IMG/VR virus record: IMGVR_UViG_3300012165_000001
Coordinates: 1 to 57,320 of that record
Direction: 5' to 3' (one strand)
DNA length: 57,320 nucleotides
DNA from: a virus
A model generated the notes under the pieces. That model did not search any database, was not told where the DNA came from, and saw only the letters and a program-made list of their open reading frames with translations. Made by a program: the position numbers and the translations under genes. Positions 16,322-24,708 of this stretch are shown here, piece after piece. Position 1 is the first letter of the stretch, and each line of letters begins with the position of its first letter.

Positions 16322-16585
16322 ATGATGAAATCGATGAAGTCTAAAAATACCGATAACTACGGCAATCCAAGGCAGAACTATATTGATAAACTCGCCGCCA
16401 TGACGGATGCAGACCTACATACCGAAACGCGACAAAAGATTTGGCTATCAGCCTACGCCAACAACAATCCTCGCTCTGATTACCACTGGCAATGCGACGC
16501 TACATACGACGAATGGAAACGGCGCGGCAATCCTGACGGATATAAAAAGGCATATGATGAAGAATATGCCGCGAATTTTGGATGA
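16322..16585 (+). CDS. Hypothetical protein
   Basis: GGGAGGGG RBS; 87 aa. Confidence 0.5.
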   Translation: MMKSMKSKNTDNYGNPRQNYIDKLAAMTDADLHTETRQKIWLSAYANNNPRSDYHWQCDATYDEWKRRGNPDGYKKAYDEEYAANFG

Positions 16586-16610
16586 AACAAAATCCCTGGA
16601 ATGTGGATTA

Positions 16611-16639
16611 TTGACATTAGTGGGTAAATGGTGTATACT
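16611..16639 (+). promoter_or_regulatory. Promoter inside the element's left end
   Basis: TTGACA (16611-16616), 17 nt, TATACT (16634-16639). Confidence 0.55.
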
Positions 16640-16661
16640 ATATATTGAAAGGGTGGTTATT

Positions 16662-16790
16662 GTGAAATTCAATATAAGTATGCCGGACGAGTTTTATAAG
16701 AAACTCAAAGAAAAGGCCGCCGAAAAAAACATGAGCATAAGCGAATATATTAGATTTGCCTTGACGTTATTGTGGGAAAGGGGAATTTGA
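16662..16790 (+). CDS. 42-aa ribbon-helix-helix (CopG/Arc-like) protein translationally coupled to tnpB
   Basis: [42 protein letters not shown]. Its TGA shares one base with the tnpB ATG at 16790. Confidence 0.5.
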   Translation: MKFNISMPDEFYKKLKEKAAEKNMSISEYIRFALTLLWERGI

Positions 16791-17908
16791 TGGAGAAATC
16801 GTACAAATTCCGCATATATCCAAATAAAGAACAAGAAATTCTTATTCAAAAAACATTTGGATGCTGTCGCTTTGTTTATAATTATTTTTTAGCGTTAAGG
16901 ATTGATATATATAAAAATCATGTCAGAGCAATTCGATTTTATGAAATGGATGCAATGCTTACTCAACTAAAAAATGAATTGCTATGGTTAAAAGAAGTTG
17001 ATTGTTTTCCATTAACGCAATCCTTAAAGATACTCGATCAATCATTTATAAATTTCTTCCGGAGGGTAAAAAGTGGAAACCCAAAGGTTGGATTCCCCAA
17101 ATTTAAGAGTAGGAAGCGTAGCAAAAAATCTTATAATACTAGGAACAAAAACAATAGTATTTCTCTTTTCGATTCAGGAATAAAGCTTCCAAAGATTGGA
17201 AAAATAAAGTGTGCAATTTCAAGACAAATTGAAGGCCGCATACTTTCCGCAACCATTTCTCAAAATCCAAGTGGCAAATACTTTGTGTCGATTTGTTGTA
17301 CTGATGTAGAAATTCAGCAGCACGAAAGCACCGGCACATCAATTGGTCTTGATATGGGTCTGAAATCGTTTTGCGTTTCCTCTGATGGGTTTTCTATTGA
17401 TAATCACAAATATCTCGCCAAGAGCCAAAAGAAGCTTGCCAAATTGCAGCGTCAGTTATCCCGAAAAACAAAGGGTAGCAGGAATAAAGATAAGGCAAGA
17501 ATCAAAATGGCGCGGTTGCATGAACATGTGGTTAACCAGCGAAATGATACACTACATAAACTATCAACCCAATTTGTCAAGGATTATGACATTATTTGCA
17601 TCGAAGATTTGCAAGTGAAAAATATGGTCAAGAATCATAAACTTGCAAGGTCTATCAGTGATGCATCATGGAGCGAATTTTCACGCCAACTTTCGTACAA
17701 ATGCGAATGGCAACATAAGGCACTTGTCAAGGTGGACAAATTCTTTCCATCAAGTCAGATTTGCTCATGTTGCGGCTATCAGAACAAAGGCACTAAAAAC
17801 TTGGCGGTACGGGAATGGCAATGTCCAGAATGCAATACCGTACATGACAGGGATGTCAATGCTGCACAAAATATATTGGCTGAGGGATTGCGTCTATTGA
17901 GCGCATAG
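16790..17908 (+). CDS. tnpB: RNA-guided endonuclease TnpB (OrfB_IS605 / OrfB_Zn_ribbon)
   Basis: [16 protein letters not shown]-terminus. RuvC residues in IGLDMGL, ICIEDL and [11 protein letters not shown]. Zinc finger CSCCG...CPECN. Confidence 0.9.
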   Translation: MEKSYKFRIYPNKEQEILIQKTFGCCRFVYNYFLALRIDIYKNHVRAIRFYEMDAMLTQLKNELLWLKEVDCFPLTQSLKILDQSFINFFRRVKSGNPKVGFPKFKSRKRSKKSYNTRNKNNSISLFDSGIKLPKIGKIKCAISRQIEGRILSATISQNPSGKYFVSICCTDVEIQQHESTGTSIGLDMGLKSFCVSSDGFSIDNHKYLAKSQKKLAKLQRQLSRKTKGSRNKDKARIKMARLHEHVVNQRNDTLHKLSTQFVKDYDIICIEDLQVKNMVKNHKLARSISDASWSEFSRQLSYKCEWQHKALVKVDKFFPSSQICSCCGYQNKGTKNLAVREWQCPECNTVHDRDVNAAQNILAEGLRLLSA

Positions 17909-18035
17909 CCATACAAAACTACCGTGGAACACATGGAAAGTAACGCCTGTGGAGATTATGTAAGACTGGATTCGCCAGCAACGATCATTGAAGCAGGAAT
18001 TTCCCGGCTTGTATAGGGAGAATTGTTAAGGAATG
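17780..18035 (+). ncRNA. Expected omega-RNA (reRNA) scaffold overlapping the tnpB 3' end and the downstream right end; extent not determined
   Basis: By analogy with characterised TnpB loci. The 125-nt non-coding tail ends in GGAATTTCCCGGCTTGTATAGGGAGAATTG. Confidence 0.35.
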
Positions 18036-18059
18036 AGGGGAGAAAGGAGTGAAAAACAC

Positions 18060-18287
18060 ATGACCGACCTACAAGCATTCCTCCAAGCCCAAACAACCAC
18101 CGGCCTCACCATCCGTGAGATATCGCGTCAGACAGGCGTGGCGGCCTCTACAATCAGCCGAATATGCAATGGTGGTATTTCACCAAATATGGAGACAGCG
18201 GGGCGTATACTGCGGCCATTTGGGTATAGGGTGGCGATTAATAAGATAGGGCGGGAGCCGACAGGAGAGGGAGGACATAATGAATAG
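18060..18287 (+). CDS. XRE-type HTH protein
   Basis: LTIREISRQTGVAASTISRICNG; GAAAGGAG RBS before the ATG at 18060. Confidence 0.6.
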   Translation: MTDLQAFLQAQTTTGLTIREISRQTGVAASTISRICNGGISPNMETAGRILRPFGYRVAINKIGREPTGEGGHNE

Positions 18288-18492
18288 AAATTTAGATGGC
18301 GTATATTTTCGAGTAGAAAGAAGTGGAGCGTGGGAAAATGTTTGCTTCTCTGACTTGAGCGAAAATGAAATGGATACCGTATTAGCTGGCAAAGATACGA
18401 AGTGGTTAATATCTCTGTGCAAAATTTTGGGAACCAAAATCAAGTATATTGGAAATCAATTCGATATTATGGCCGCAGATAATCCCGAATAA
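18280..18492 (+). CDS. Hypothetical protein
   Basis: GAGGGAGGA RBS. Confidence 0.5.
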   Translation: MNRNLDGVYFRVERSGAWENVCFSDLSENEMDTVLAGKDTKWLISLCKILGTKIKYIGNQFDIMAADNPE

Positions 18493-18516
18493 GCCGGGGA
18501 ATTGAGGAGGATAACA

Positions 18517-18690
18517 ATGGACAATAAGATAACTAAATGCGTTATGCGCGAAGAAAAAGCATGCGTACAACTATCAAGATTCTGTCCCGCCGAAAGCGAC
18601 TACGACCCATATCAAATAGCTTATACGGGCGATAAATACCCGGATAACAAAATTGCAAAATGTTCAAATTACTGTGCGGAGGCAAAATAA
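18517..18690 (+). CDS. Hypothetical Cys-containing small protein
   Basis: GAGGAGG RBS before the ATG at 18517. Confidence 0.5.
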   Translation: MDNKITKCVMREEKACVQLSRFCPAESDYDPYQIAYTGDKYPDNKIAKCSNYCAEAK

Positions 18691-18731
18691 AAGACACCCC
18701 GGCTTTCACGCCGGGGCTTAAGGAGGACAAT

Positions 18732-18932
18732 ATGAAAAAATTACAATATTGGACGGTTGATTGCACTCATGGCGGCGGCCAATACAACGATCCCGCATAT
18801 TATTCTATTATTGATGGAAACGGCAAGAAGGTTGCCGAAGATACAGACCAACGGCTTTTACAAAGAATCGCAAACCAACACAATTTGTGTTTTATTGAGC
18901 ATGACGAGCAAAAAGACACCCCTATCGAATAG
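18732..18932 (+). CDS. Hypothetical protein
   Basis: TAAGGAGG RBS before the ATG at 18732. Confidence 0.5.
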   Translation: MKKLQYWTVDCTHGGGQYNDPAYYSIIDGNGKKVAEDTDQRLLQRIANQHNLCFIEHDEQKDTPIE

Positions 18933-18948
18933 ATAGGGGCTTTTCTTT
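18919..18948. terminator. Bidirectional intrinsic terminator between convergent gene blocks
   Basis: CCCCTATC-gaata-GATAGGGG is flanked by an A-run upstream and CTTTTCTTT downstream. Confidence 0.7.
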
Positions 18949-18951
18949 GGG

Positions 18952-19371
18952 TTACGTAAACCGGGCAGCGAGCGCATTGTGGTGAACCATATATGGATTC
19001 AAGTCAATATTTGGCTCAACCGTTCGGGCGTATTTGGCGAGGATTTGGAAATGGCGTAATTCATCATTTGCTACGCCCTTGAAATCTTTGTTGCCGGTCT
19101 GCTGCCACAATTTGATGTACTTCTCCGAATCTGCAAGCTCGTCAGCCATGTAATCCAGCAGGGCACCTACAGCGCCCTCATTTTCGCCCTGTGCGTCGGT
19201 TTCGGGGGTTGAGTGGGTAACTTCGCCTTGATAATCCTCATGGACTTGCAGGGCTATGCAAGCGGCGTACAGAATGAATTGCTGCTTTGTGGCCTTGTCC
19301 GGGTCAATGTCTTTCAAATCCTTATAGGTATCCTTGGCGTTCTTCTGCCAGCGTTTCATTTTGTCTGACAT
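18952..19371 (-). CDS. Hypothetical protein
   Basis: 139-aa ORF, last gene of a four-gene minus-strand cargo operon. Confidence 0.5.
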   Translation of the reverse strand: MSDKMKRWQKNAKDTYKDLKDIDPDKATKQQFILYAACIALQVHEDYQGEVTHSTPETDAQGENEGAVGALLDYMADELADSEKYIKLWQQTGNKDFKGVANDELRHFQILAKYARTVEPNIDLNPYMVHHNALAARFT

Positions 19372-19382
19372 GAATACACCGC

Positions 19383-19994
19383 CTATCCGAGATTGAAGTT
19401 AATATCTTCGCCCTCTTTGTGCTCATGCTCCATATATTCATGCATCCATTTAGATTTAACGGAAACATCATGAGGCATATAGCCACCAAATATAAAGCTA
19501 CCCTCAGCCATATCAACCTGCGTCCATTCTCCTTGAACCTCTTTGATAAGACACATGAGTTTTTCGTATATTTCCGCACTGATGGTTCGGCTTAAATGGA
19601 TAGCATGGTTAAGGCATTCAATAAGCTCTGCCTCATTCTTTTTCCACATTGGAAAATGGGCCTTAAAATCGTCAAGATTATTCATGGTATAGGGTTCTGC
19701 CTTTGCGACCATTGCCATATCAATTCGGGGGTCATATTTCAGCCTATCCCGAGACATTTTTAGCAAGCTTTTCAAAGAGCAGAAATCACCTGCTGCCTCC
19801 CCGTCATCGTGCCAACGGCCGGGGCCGCGAACATGTATTTTCCTTGAAGCATTAGCCGCCCTTAAATGCCATAAACAACCGGCGAATAAATATGTGCAAA
19901 TGCGGTCCAGTTCCATGCAGAGCTCTTTCTTTTTTTCTTCATGGTTCATTTCATCGTGGCTGGGGTTTCCGGGATTTCTCATATCATAAGGCAT
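19383..19994 (-). CDS. Hypothetical protein
   Basis: 203-aa ORF; TAATG overlap with the upstream gene. Confidence 0.5.
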   Translation of the reverse strand: MPYDMRNPGNPSHDEMNHEEKKKELCMELDRICTYLFAGCLWHLRAANASRKIHVRGPGRWHDDGEAAGDFCSLKSLLKMSRDRLKYDPRIDMAMVAKAEPYTMNNLDDFKAHFPMWKKNEAELIECLNHAIHLSRTISAEIYEKLMCLIKEVQGEWTQVDMAEGSFIFGGYMPHDVSVKSKWMHEYMEHEHKEGEDINFNLG

Positions 19995-20266
19995 TATTCG
20001 CTCACCTCTGTTTCGTCAGGCTTTTCGGGCGAAGATTTTAGATATTTTTCAAGCAAATCCATCAAAGACGGCATAACGCTATCAATAATTCCGTTCGTAT
20101 CGCCGTATACTTTTTTCATGACGAACACAAACATGGAAATATCGGTTTCAACACCATATTCTTTTGCGGTTTCCATGAGTGATTTTACTTGCAGTTCTTT
20201 TGATGTTTCGGGGATATAAGGCGTGGCGCAAAAGCCGCCATATCCGCCAACAGGAATATCCGTCAT
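19994..20266 (-). CDS. Hypothetical protein (start moved to the ATG at 20266)
   Basis: AGGAGGG lies 7 nt upstream. Confidence 0.5.
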   Translation of the reverse strand: MTDIPVGGYGGFCATPYIPETSKELQVKSLMETAKEYGVETDISMFVFVMKKVYGDTNGIIDSVMPSLMDLLEKYLKSSPEKPDETEVSE

Positions 20267-20268
20267 GA

Positions 20269-20661
20269 TTACGCCCTCCTGCAACGCCGAAGATGTTCTA
20301 CTCCACGGAGGTCATAAAAGATACTTGCGTCACTAAGGAACAGCGGGAGCCTATTTCTGCCGCGCTCACAAAGGTCTATCCCATAGACGATATTGCCGAA
20401 TGTGCATTGTCCGTGACAACCTTGGCTACTTCTGATTTCGCTGATTGTATGATATAAGGGAATTTCGGTTGTGGTTCCGGATATCTCCAAAACGACAGGA
20501 AGGGCTTCTCCGGCCTCCGGGATTGGCTGCGCGATGATAAGACAATACTTTGTGTCAATAGTCAATACCGTGGTCGCAGGAAGGGTTATAACTAAATTTG
20601 TACCTACGACCGCCACGCTAACGGATACGAGCTTGGTAAAACAAGTTCTGCAAGTGGACAT
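20269..20661 (-). CDS. Hypothetical Cys-containing protein (start moved to the ATG at 20661)
   Basis: AAAGGAG RBS before MSTCRTCFTKLVSVSV. Confidence 0.5.
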   Translation of the reverse strand: MSTCRTCFTKLVSVSVAVVGTNLVITLPATTVLTIDTKYCLIIAQPIPEAGEALPVVLEISGTTTEIPLYHTISEIRSSQGCHGQCTFGNIVYGIDLCERGRNRLPLFLSDASIFYDLRGVEHLRRCRRA

Positions 20662-20734
20662 TAAGAAAAACTCCTTTACATTATATAATAGTTGTAGTAT
20701 AATAGTAGCATAACAATATAGGAGTGATACTACT

Positions 20735-20890
20735 ATGAACGAAAAAGTATTGAACATGAAATTGCCCAAAGATTTGTACGAGCAAATAAAGAAAATTTCC
20801 GAAAACAAAAACATATCAATGGCGTCCCTGGTTCGCATGGTTATGACTGAATACTGCAATAAGGAGGTTGCGGAATGCCAAAAAGATTAA
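20735..20890 (+). CDS. 51-aa ribbon-helix-helix protein, not in the ORF track
   Basis: MKLPKDLYEQIKKISENKNISMASLVRMVMTEY is CopG-like. Promoter TTTACA, 17 nt, TATAAT at 20675-20703. Confidence 0.5.
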   Translation: MNEKVLNMKLPKDLYEQIKKISENKNISMASLVRMVMTEYCNKEVAECQKD

Positions 20891-21525
20891 ATCCAGATGA
20901 TTATATCGGTAAGAGATATGGTAAAATGATTGTACTGAATATGCTTGACATTGAATATGGGAAAAAGAGAAAAGTTGTTTGTCAATGTGATTGCGGAACA
21001 GTAAAGTCGTGCGATATATCCGACCTAAGAAACGGAAAAATAATTAGCTGCGGTTGTGCCCATAATGGATGCTATTTCAAGCACAATAAAACAAATGCCA
21101 GGATATACTATACATGGTCAAGCATGATGCAGCGTTGCCACAACTCGAACGCTAGGGCTTATAAGAATTACGGTGGGCGCGGAATCCGAGTTTGCGAAGA
21201 ATGGCATGATGCAGAATCATTTATCAAGTGGGCCATGGCTAATGGATACTCTGACGATTTGACGATAGAGCGAAAGAACGTAAATGGAAATTATTGCCCA
21301 GAGAATTGTATCTTTGCCACAAGGATGCAACAAGCTCGGAATACACGCGTTCGTCACGATAATACATCTGGAACGCCGGGCGTATATTATCGAAAAGAAA
21401 ATGGGAAATGGCGTTCTGCAATAGGGGTTGACGGTAAATTCATTTGGCTTGGTTCGTTTGACACGGAAGAAGCTGCCGCCCTTGCCCGAAAAAAAGCTGA
21501 GTTGAAATATTGGGGCAAAGGTTAA
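20875..21525 (+). CDS. HNH_3/NUMOD4-type homing endonuclease with a C-terminal AP2 DNA-binding domain
   Basis: YKNYGGRGIRVCEEW, LTIERKNVNGNYCPENC and GVYYRKENGKWRSAIGVDGKFIWLGSFDTEEAAA (AP2 pattern). Confidence 0.7.
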   Translation: MPKRLNPDDYIGKRYGKMIVLNMLDIEYGKKRKVVCQCDCGTVKSCDISDLRNGKIISCGCAHNGCYFKHNKTNARIYYTWSSMMQRCHNSNARAYKNYGGRGIRVCEEWHDAESFIKWAMANGYSDDLTIERKNVNGNYCPENCIFATRMQQARNTRVRHDNTSGTPGVYYRKENGKWRSAIGVDGKFIWLGSFDTEEAAALARKKAELKYWGKG

Positions 21526-21526
21526 A

Positions 21527-21787
21527 TTATAGGCGCTCAAGATGTTCATTTATTTTCTGTAGCTCTGAAATCATCGTTGTCGTGTTCTCGGCGTTTCGCT
21601 TGGTATTTTCAAGATTTTCGCTAGTCAAGGCGAGTGTTCGTGTGTTGATGCCTAGGTTTCGGACGGCCACCATCAATATAACGGCTGTTAATAAAGAACC
21701 AAACCAGCCGCCGAACGCGCCCAGGATAGCAATATCATCTGAATTCGGTTGGTTCCTCTGCGGCGGCTGTATCATTTTTAGCCACAC
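21527..21787 (-). CDS. Membrane/coiled-coil hypothetical protein; start uncertain
   Basis: TM segment ILGAFGGWFGSLLTAVILMVAV; overlaps the upstream ORF. Confidence 0.4.
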   Translation of the reverse strand: MWLKMIQPPQRNQPNSDDIAILGAFGGWFGSLLTAVILMVAVRNLGINTRTLALTSENLENTKRNAENTTTMISELQKINEHLERL

Positions 21788-21929
21788 CGCCCTTACTTGT
21801 AAAATTGCCCATCATCTTTTCTACTTCCGCGCCTGCGCCATTTAAGAATTTTGTAAATTGTTCTCTGCGGGTTGGGCTTTCTAATAGCATTCCAGCGTAA
21901 ATCAACGCAATAGCTTGTAATGGTATCAT
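21735..21929 (-). CDS. Hypothetical small membrane protein
   Basis: GAGGTG RBS before the ATG at 21929. Confidence 0.4.
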   Translation of the reverse strand: MIPLQAIALIYAGMLLESPTRREQFTKFLNGAGAEVEKMMGNFTSKGGVAKNDTAAAEEPTEFR

Positions 21930-22019
21930 TTTTATCACCTCATAAAAAACAGAGCGACATTAGCCGCCCTGTGTGCGGCCTTTTACGAAAAGGCGGCTAA
22001 CGAAGAATTGGGGGATGGT

Positions 22020-22583
22020 TTAGCAGAAGCAACAATCATCACGATCGCGTCTGCCTTCGCGCTCACGGAACCGATCAAAGCAGTTGAGCTGCGGCTGTAC
22101 ACAAGCATCCACAGTCTTTGCAAAATGCGGGACTGCATTGGGCTTGCGGTCAAGCTGCTCTTCAATAGCATTGAATTTGCAAGCAAGCTCTTTTTCGAGA
22201 TTCGCGAACATACCGCCGACAAAGAGCTGATTCTTTTGCTCCTGGATAATCATGTCTCGCTCGATCAGCTTGCGCTCCAGATTTTGCTCCAGAATCTTGT
22301 GTTGCTCCAGAATACCGGCATCGCGGGAAGTGACCACATCCTTGTCGATCTGGCAATTCGACACGCAGCAACACGGACTGGTGAACCGGCTACGTAATTC
22401 GTCGAAATCCCTGTCGTGATCTCTGCCGTGTCCACATTCTCCACGGCCAAACAAGCCTCCGCCACTAAACACAGCGAACAGAATCAAAAGCACGACCAGA
22501 AGACCGCAACCGCCTCCGAATCCGCCAAAGCCACCGAAACCACTACCACCTACGATGTCATTTTCTACCTGATAACTTGCCAA
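22020..22583 (-). CDS. Protein with a YjcZ-like Gly-rich/TM N-terminus, a coiled coil and Cys clusters
   Basis: GGSGFGGFGGFGGGCGLLVVLLILFAVFSGG resembles tiny YjcZ-family sporulation proteins. CCCVSNC and a terminal DDCCFC. TTG start with AAAGGAGAG RBS. Confidence 0.5.
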   Translation of the reverse strand: MASYQVENDIVGGSGFGGFGGFGGGCGLLVVLLILFAVFSGGGLFGRGECGHGRDHDRDFDELRSRFTSPCCCVSNCQIDKDVVTSRDAGILEQHKILEQNLERKLIERDMIIQEQKNQLFVGGMFANLEKELACKFNAIEEQLDRKPNAVPHFAKTVDACVQPQLNCFDRFREREGRRDRDDCCFC

Positions 22584-22695
22584 AATAATCTCTCCTTTCT
22601 AAAGAAATATTTATACAAACGCAATATGCGTATTGTAGCGAAACTATTGATTTAAGACGTAAGGTATGATATTATAAATATAAAAGGAGATTTTC

Positions 22696-23157
22696 ATGAG
22701 AAGCTATATTAAGCACGGGAAAAGAGACACAAGGTTATATACCATATGGGATAACATGAAACGGCGTTGCATGAATAAAAAGGCAACAGAATACGAAAAC
22801 TATGGTGGAAAAGGAATCGAAGTCGATAGTGTTTGGATAAATGATTTTAAAGCATTCTATAATTGGGCTATGGCGAATGGATATCAAGATAAATTAACAA
22901 TAGACAGGATAGATAGTGGTGGCAATTATAATCCAGAAAATTGTCGGTGGGTTACAGTTGCAGAACAAAGCAAAAATAGAGGAATGAGAAACGATAATAC
23001 ATCTGGATACGTAGGAATTTCGTTGCATAAGCGAACGGGAAGATGGCATGCATATCTCTGGGAAAACAAAAAACGGATTCATCTAGGATATTTTTCTAAT
23101 TTAGAAGATGCGATAACCGCGCGCAAAGAAGCAGAAACCAAATACTGGGGCAAATAA
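22696..23157 (+). CDS. Second HNH_3/AP2 homing-endonuclease paralog
   Basis: YENYGGKGIEVDSVW, LTIDRIDSGGNYNPENCRW and GISLHKRTGRWHAYLWENKKRIHLGYFSNLEDA align by eye with 20875-21525. Confidence 0.7.
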   Translation: MRSYIKHGKRDTRLYTIWDNMKRRCMNKKATEYENYGGKGIEVDSVWINDFKAFYNWAMANGYQDKLTIDRIDSGGNYNPENCRWVTVAEQSKNRGMRNDNTSGYVGISLHKRTGRWHAYLWENKKRIHLGYFSNLEDAITARKEAETKYWGK

Positions 23158-23499
23158 CTACCGAAGTTTTTTCAATCTTTCCAAAGAAGAGGATGCAGGA
23201 TTTTCATTTTTTATCTTGCCGGTGCCCGATTGATTATTAGACTGTAATTCCTTCATGACATTATCCTTTAAAGTCTCAGGCTTAACTCCAAATTTATCAA
23301 ACATTGCCCTTACCCTCGGCGCATTGTTGGCGAAATCAACTGCGTTATTTAAGAAGGTTTCGCCACCTTTATCCTTGATCAGTTTTTGCAATCCATCCCG
23401 GTCCGTAGAATAATTATTTAGCTCCTTTTCCGCCTTTTCCGCTATGTCCGGCCGTGCCGCTCTCACTGCCATCATTGCTATTTGCGCTAAATTCGGCAT
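23158..23499 (-). CDS. Hypothetical protein
   Basis: GAAGGAGGA RBS; its stop abuts the stop of the convergent HNH gene. Confidence 0.5.
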   Translation of the reverse strand: MPNLAQIAMMAVRAARPDIAEKAEKELNNYSTDRDGLQKLIKDKGGETFLNNAVDFANNAPRVRAMFDKFGVKPETLKDNVMKELQSNNQSGTGKIKNENPASSSLERLKKLR

Positions 23500-23857
23500 G
23501 GTTATCCTCCTTCTCCATACGGTCTATCTTATCGGATAATTTTTGTATGGTAGATAATAGGGTTGCGTTTATTTCCTGCTGTTGAGCTGCCTGTTCCTTT
23601 AGCAACTCCTCCGCTGATTTAGGCGGTACAATATCACCCAACTCGACGAGCCGATTATAAAATCCTTCTGCTTTTGACACGGCCTCATTCAGCGCAGACT
23701 CCAATTCATTACAGTAGGTCAAGGTGTGACCGATAAGCGTCTGCTGTTGCTCTCCGTTAAGCTCTAAAATCTGGTCGCCGCTAATTACCCTTGTTGGATA
23801 TTGTTTTTGGTACCCATACGGATAGGGATTGCTGTTCGGTGAAAAATAATCTGCCAT
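23414..23857 (-). CDS. Hypothetical coiled-coil protein
   Basis: 147-aa ORF. Confidence 0.5.
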   Translation of the reverse strand: MADYFSPNSNPYPYGYQKQYPTRVISGDQILELNGEQQQTLIGHTLTYCNELESALNEAVSKAEGFYNRLVELGDIVPPKSAEELLKEQAAQQQEINATLLSTIQKLSDKIDRMEKEDNHAEFSANSNDGSESGTAGHSGKGGKGAK

Positions 23858-23949
23858 ATTAAAACCACACCCTTATAAATAAAATCAGACCGTAGGGGAG
23901 GGCGCGGTGTGGGCACCTCTCCACACCTACAGTCCTATATAGCAACCGG

Positions 23950-24111
23950 TCAGAGCCGGGAGCTGACTTCCTTCTTTGCTTCGACGGCCTCCATCAAATA
24001 ATCCAATTTCCCATTCCGACGGTAAAGCTCAATAAGCCGATCCGCCTGTTGTTCGGTGTAGGACAGGTGGTGCATGAGTTCTAATTTGATTGTTTTGTCG
24101 GTGTACTTCAT
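23950..24111 (-). CDS. Hypothetical small protein (start moved to the ATG at 24111)
   Basis: ATGA overlap with the upstream gene. Confidence 0.45.
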   Translation of the reverse strand: MKYTDKTIKLELMHHLSYTEQQADRLIELYRRNGKLDYLMEAVEAKKEVSSRL

Positions 24112-24347
24112 ATAATTTTCTGCACTTCTGCAATGAAATCTTTCAGTGGTACCCCGTAAGATTGGGCTATGCTCTGGCCGCATTCTACACCGCTCAGCAG
24201 CATCATCCTGAATCGTTCGCGCTGTGCCTCACCCATACTGCCCACAAAGAATCTGGCGGCGATTTGGGCGGTTGCAGACGTTGTGGAAGCATCTTGTGTC
24301 ATGGCGGCATTCTTGGGCTTTGGAGGTTGAATCAAATTACTTATCAT
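24108..24347 (-). CDS. Hypothetical protein (start moved to the ATG at 24347)
   Basis: GGGGAGGG RBS. Confidence 0.45.
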   Translation of the reverse strand: MISNLIQPPKPKNAAMTQDASTTSATAQIAARFFVGSMGEAQRERFRMMLLSGVECGQSIAQSYGVPLKDFIAEVQKII

Positions 24348-24508
24348 TTCTCGCCCTCCCCAAAACGGCCGTAATACATACTCATCACAATGCAAACGGC
24401 CTCGACGAAATCTTTGTTGTATGTGCCCTTCGCCTTTGCGTGTTCGATCATTTCAATAGTCATTTCTGTCAGATCTGTCAAGGCTTTATCTAATTTGCTG
24501 GTGAGCAT
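24344..24508 (-). CDS. Hypothetical small protein (54 aa), not in the ORF track
   Basis: AAAGGAGG RBS; MLTSKLDKALTDLTEMTIEMIEHAKAKG...; ATGA overlap downstream. Confidence 0.45.
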   Translation of the reverse strand: MLTSKLDKALTDLTEMTIEMIEHAKAKGTYNKDFVEAVCIVMSMYYGRFGEGEK

Positions 24509-24620
24509 AGGTAAAACCTCCTTTATCTCTGATTTAATTATAGGTCATATATCAGAAAAAAACGGCATGATTAAGCCATTCAAGCGGCATACAAAAGACT
24601 GAAAAAGGACAAAAAAATAA

Positions 24621-24656
24621 GGCGGACAACTCCACATCGGAGCAGCCCGCCTTTTG
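24621..24656. terminator. Hairpin with flanking A- and T-runs (possible bidirectional terminator)
   Basis: GGCGGacaaCTCCacatcGGAGcagcCCGCC, with AAAAAAATAA upstream and TTTTG downstream. Confidence 0.45.
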
Positions 24657-24708
24657 TATTGCGTATATTTTGTTTTTGTGGTAGAATTTGGAGTAGGAGG
24701 GATGGATT

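Larger units (their letters stand above)
16590..18035 (+). mobile_element. IS200/IS605-superfamily (IS1341-type) TnpB-only element; boundaries approximate
   Basis: tnpB with its own promoter and a small RHH ORF, no tnpA. AATCC...GGATT hairpin near the left edge and a TCCC...GGGA hairpin near the right edge. Confidence 0.6.

Noticed and set aside
18697-18716. Hairpin CCCCGGC-tttcac-GCCGGGG between two plus-strand genes as a terminator
   Set aside because: It is not followed by a T-run and is immediately followed by the RBS of the next gene. At most it is an attenuating or stabilising hairpin.
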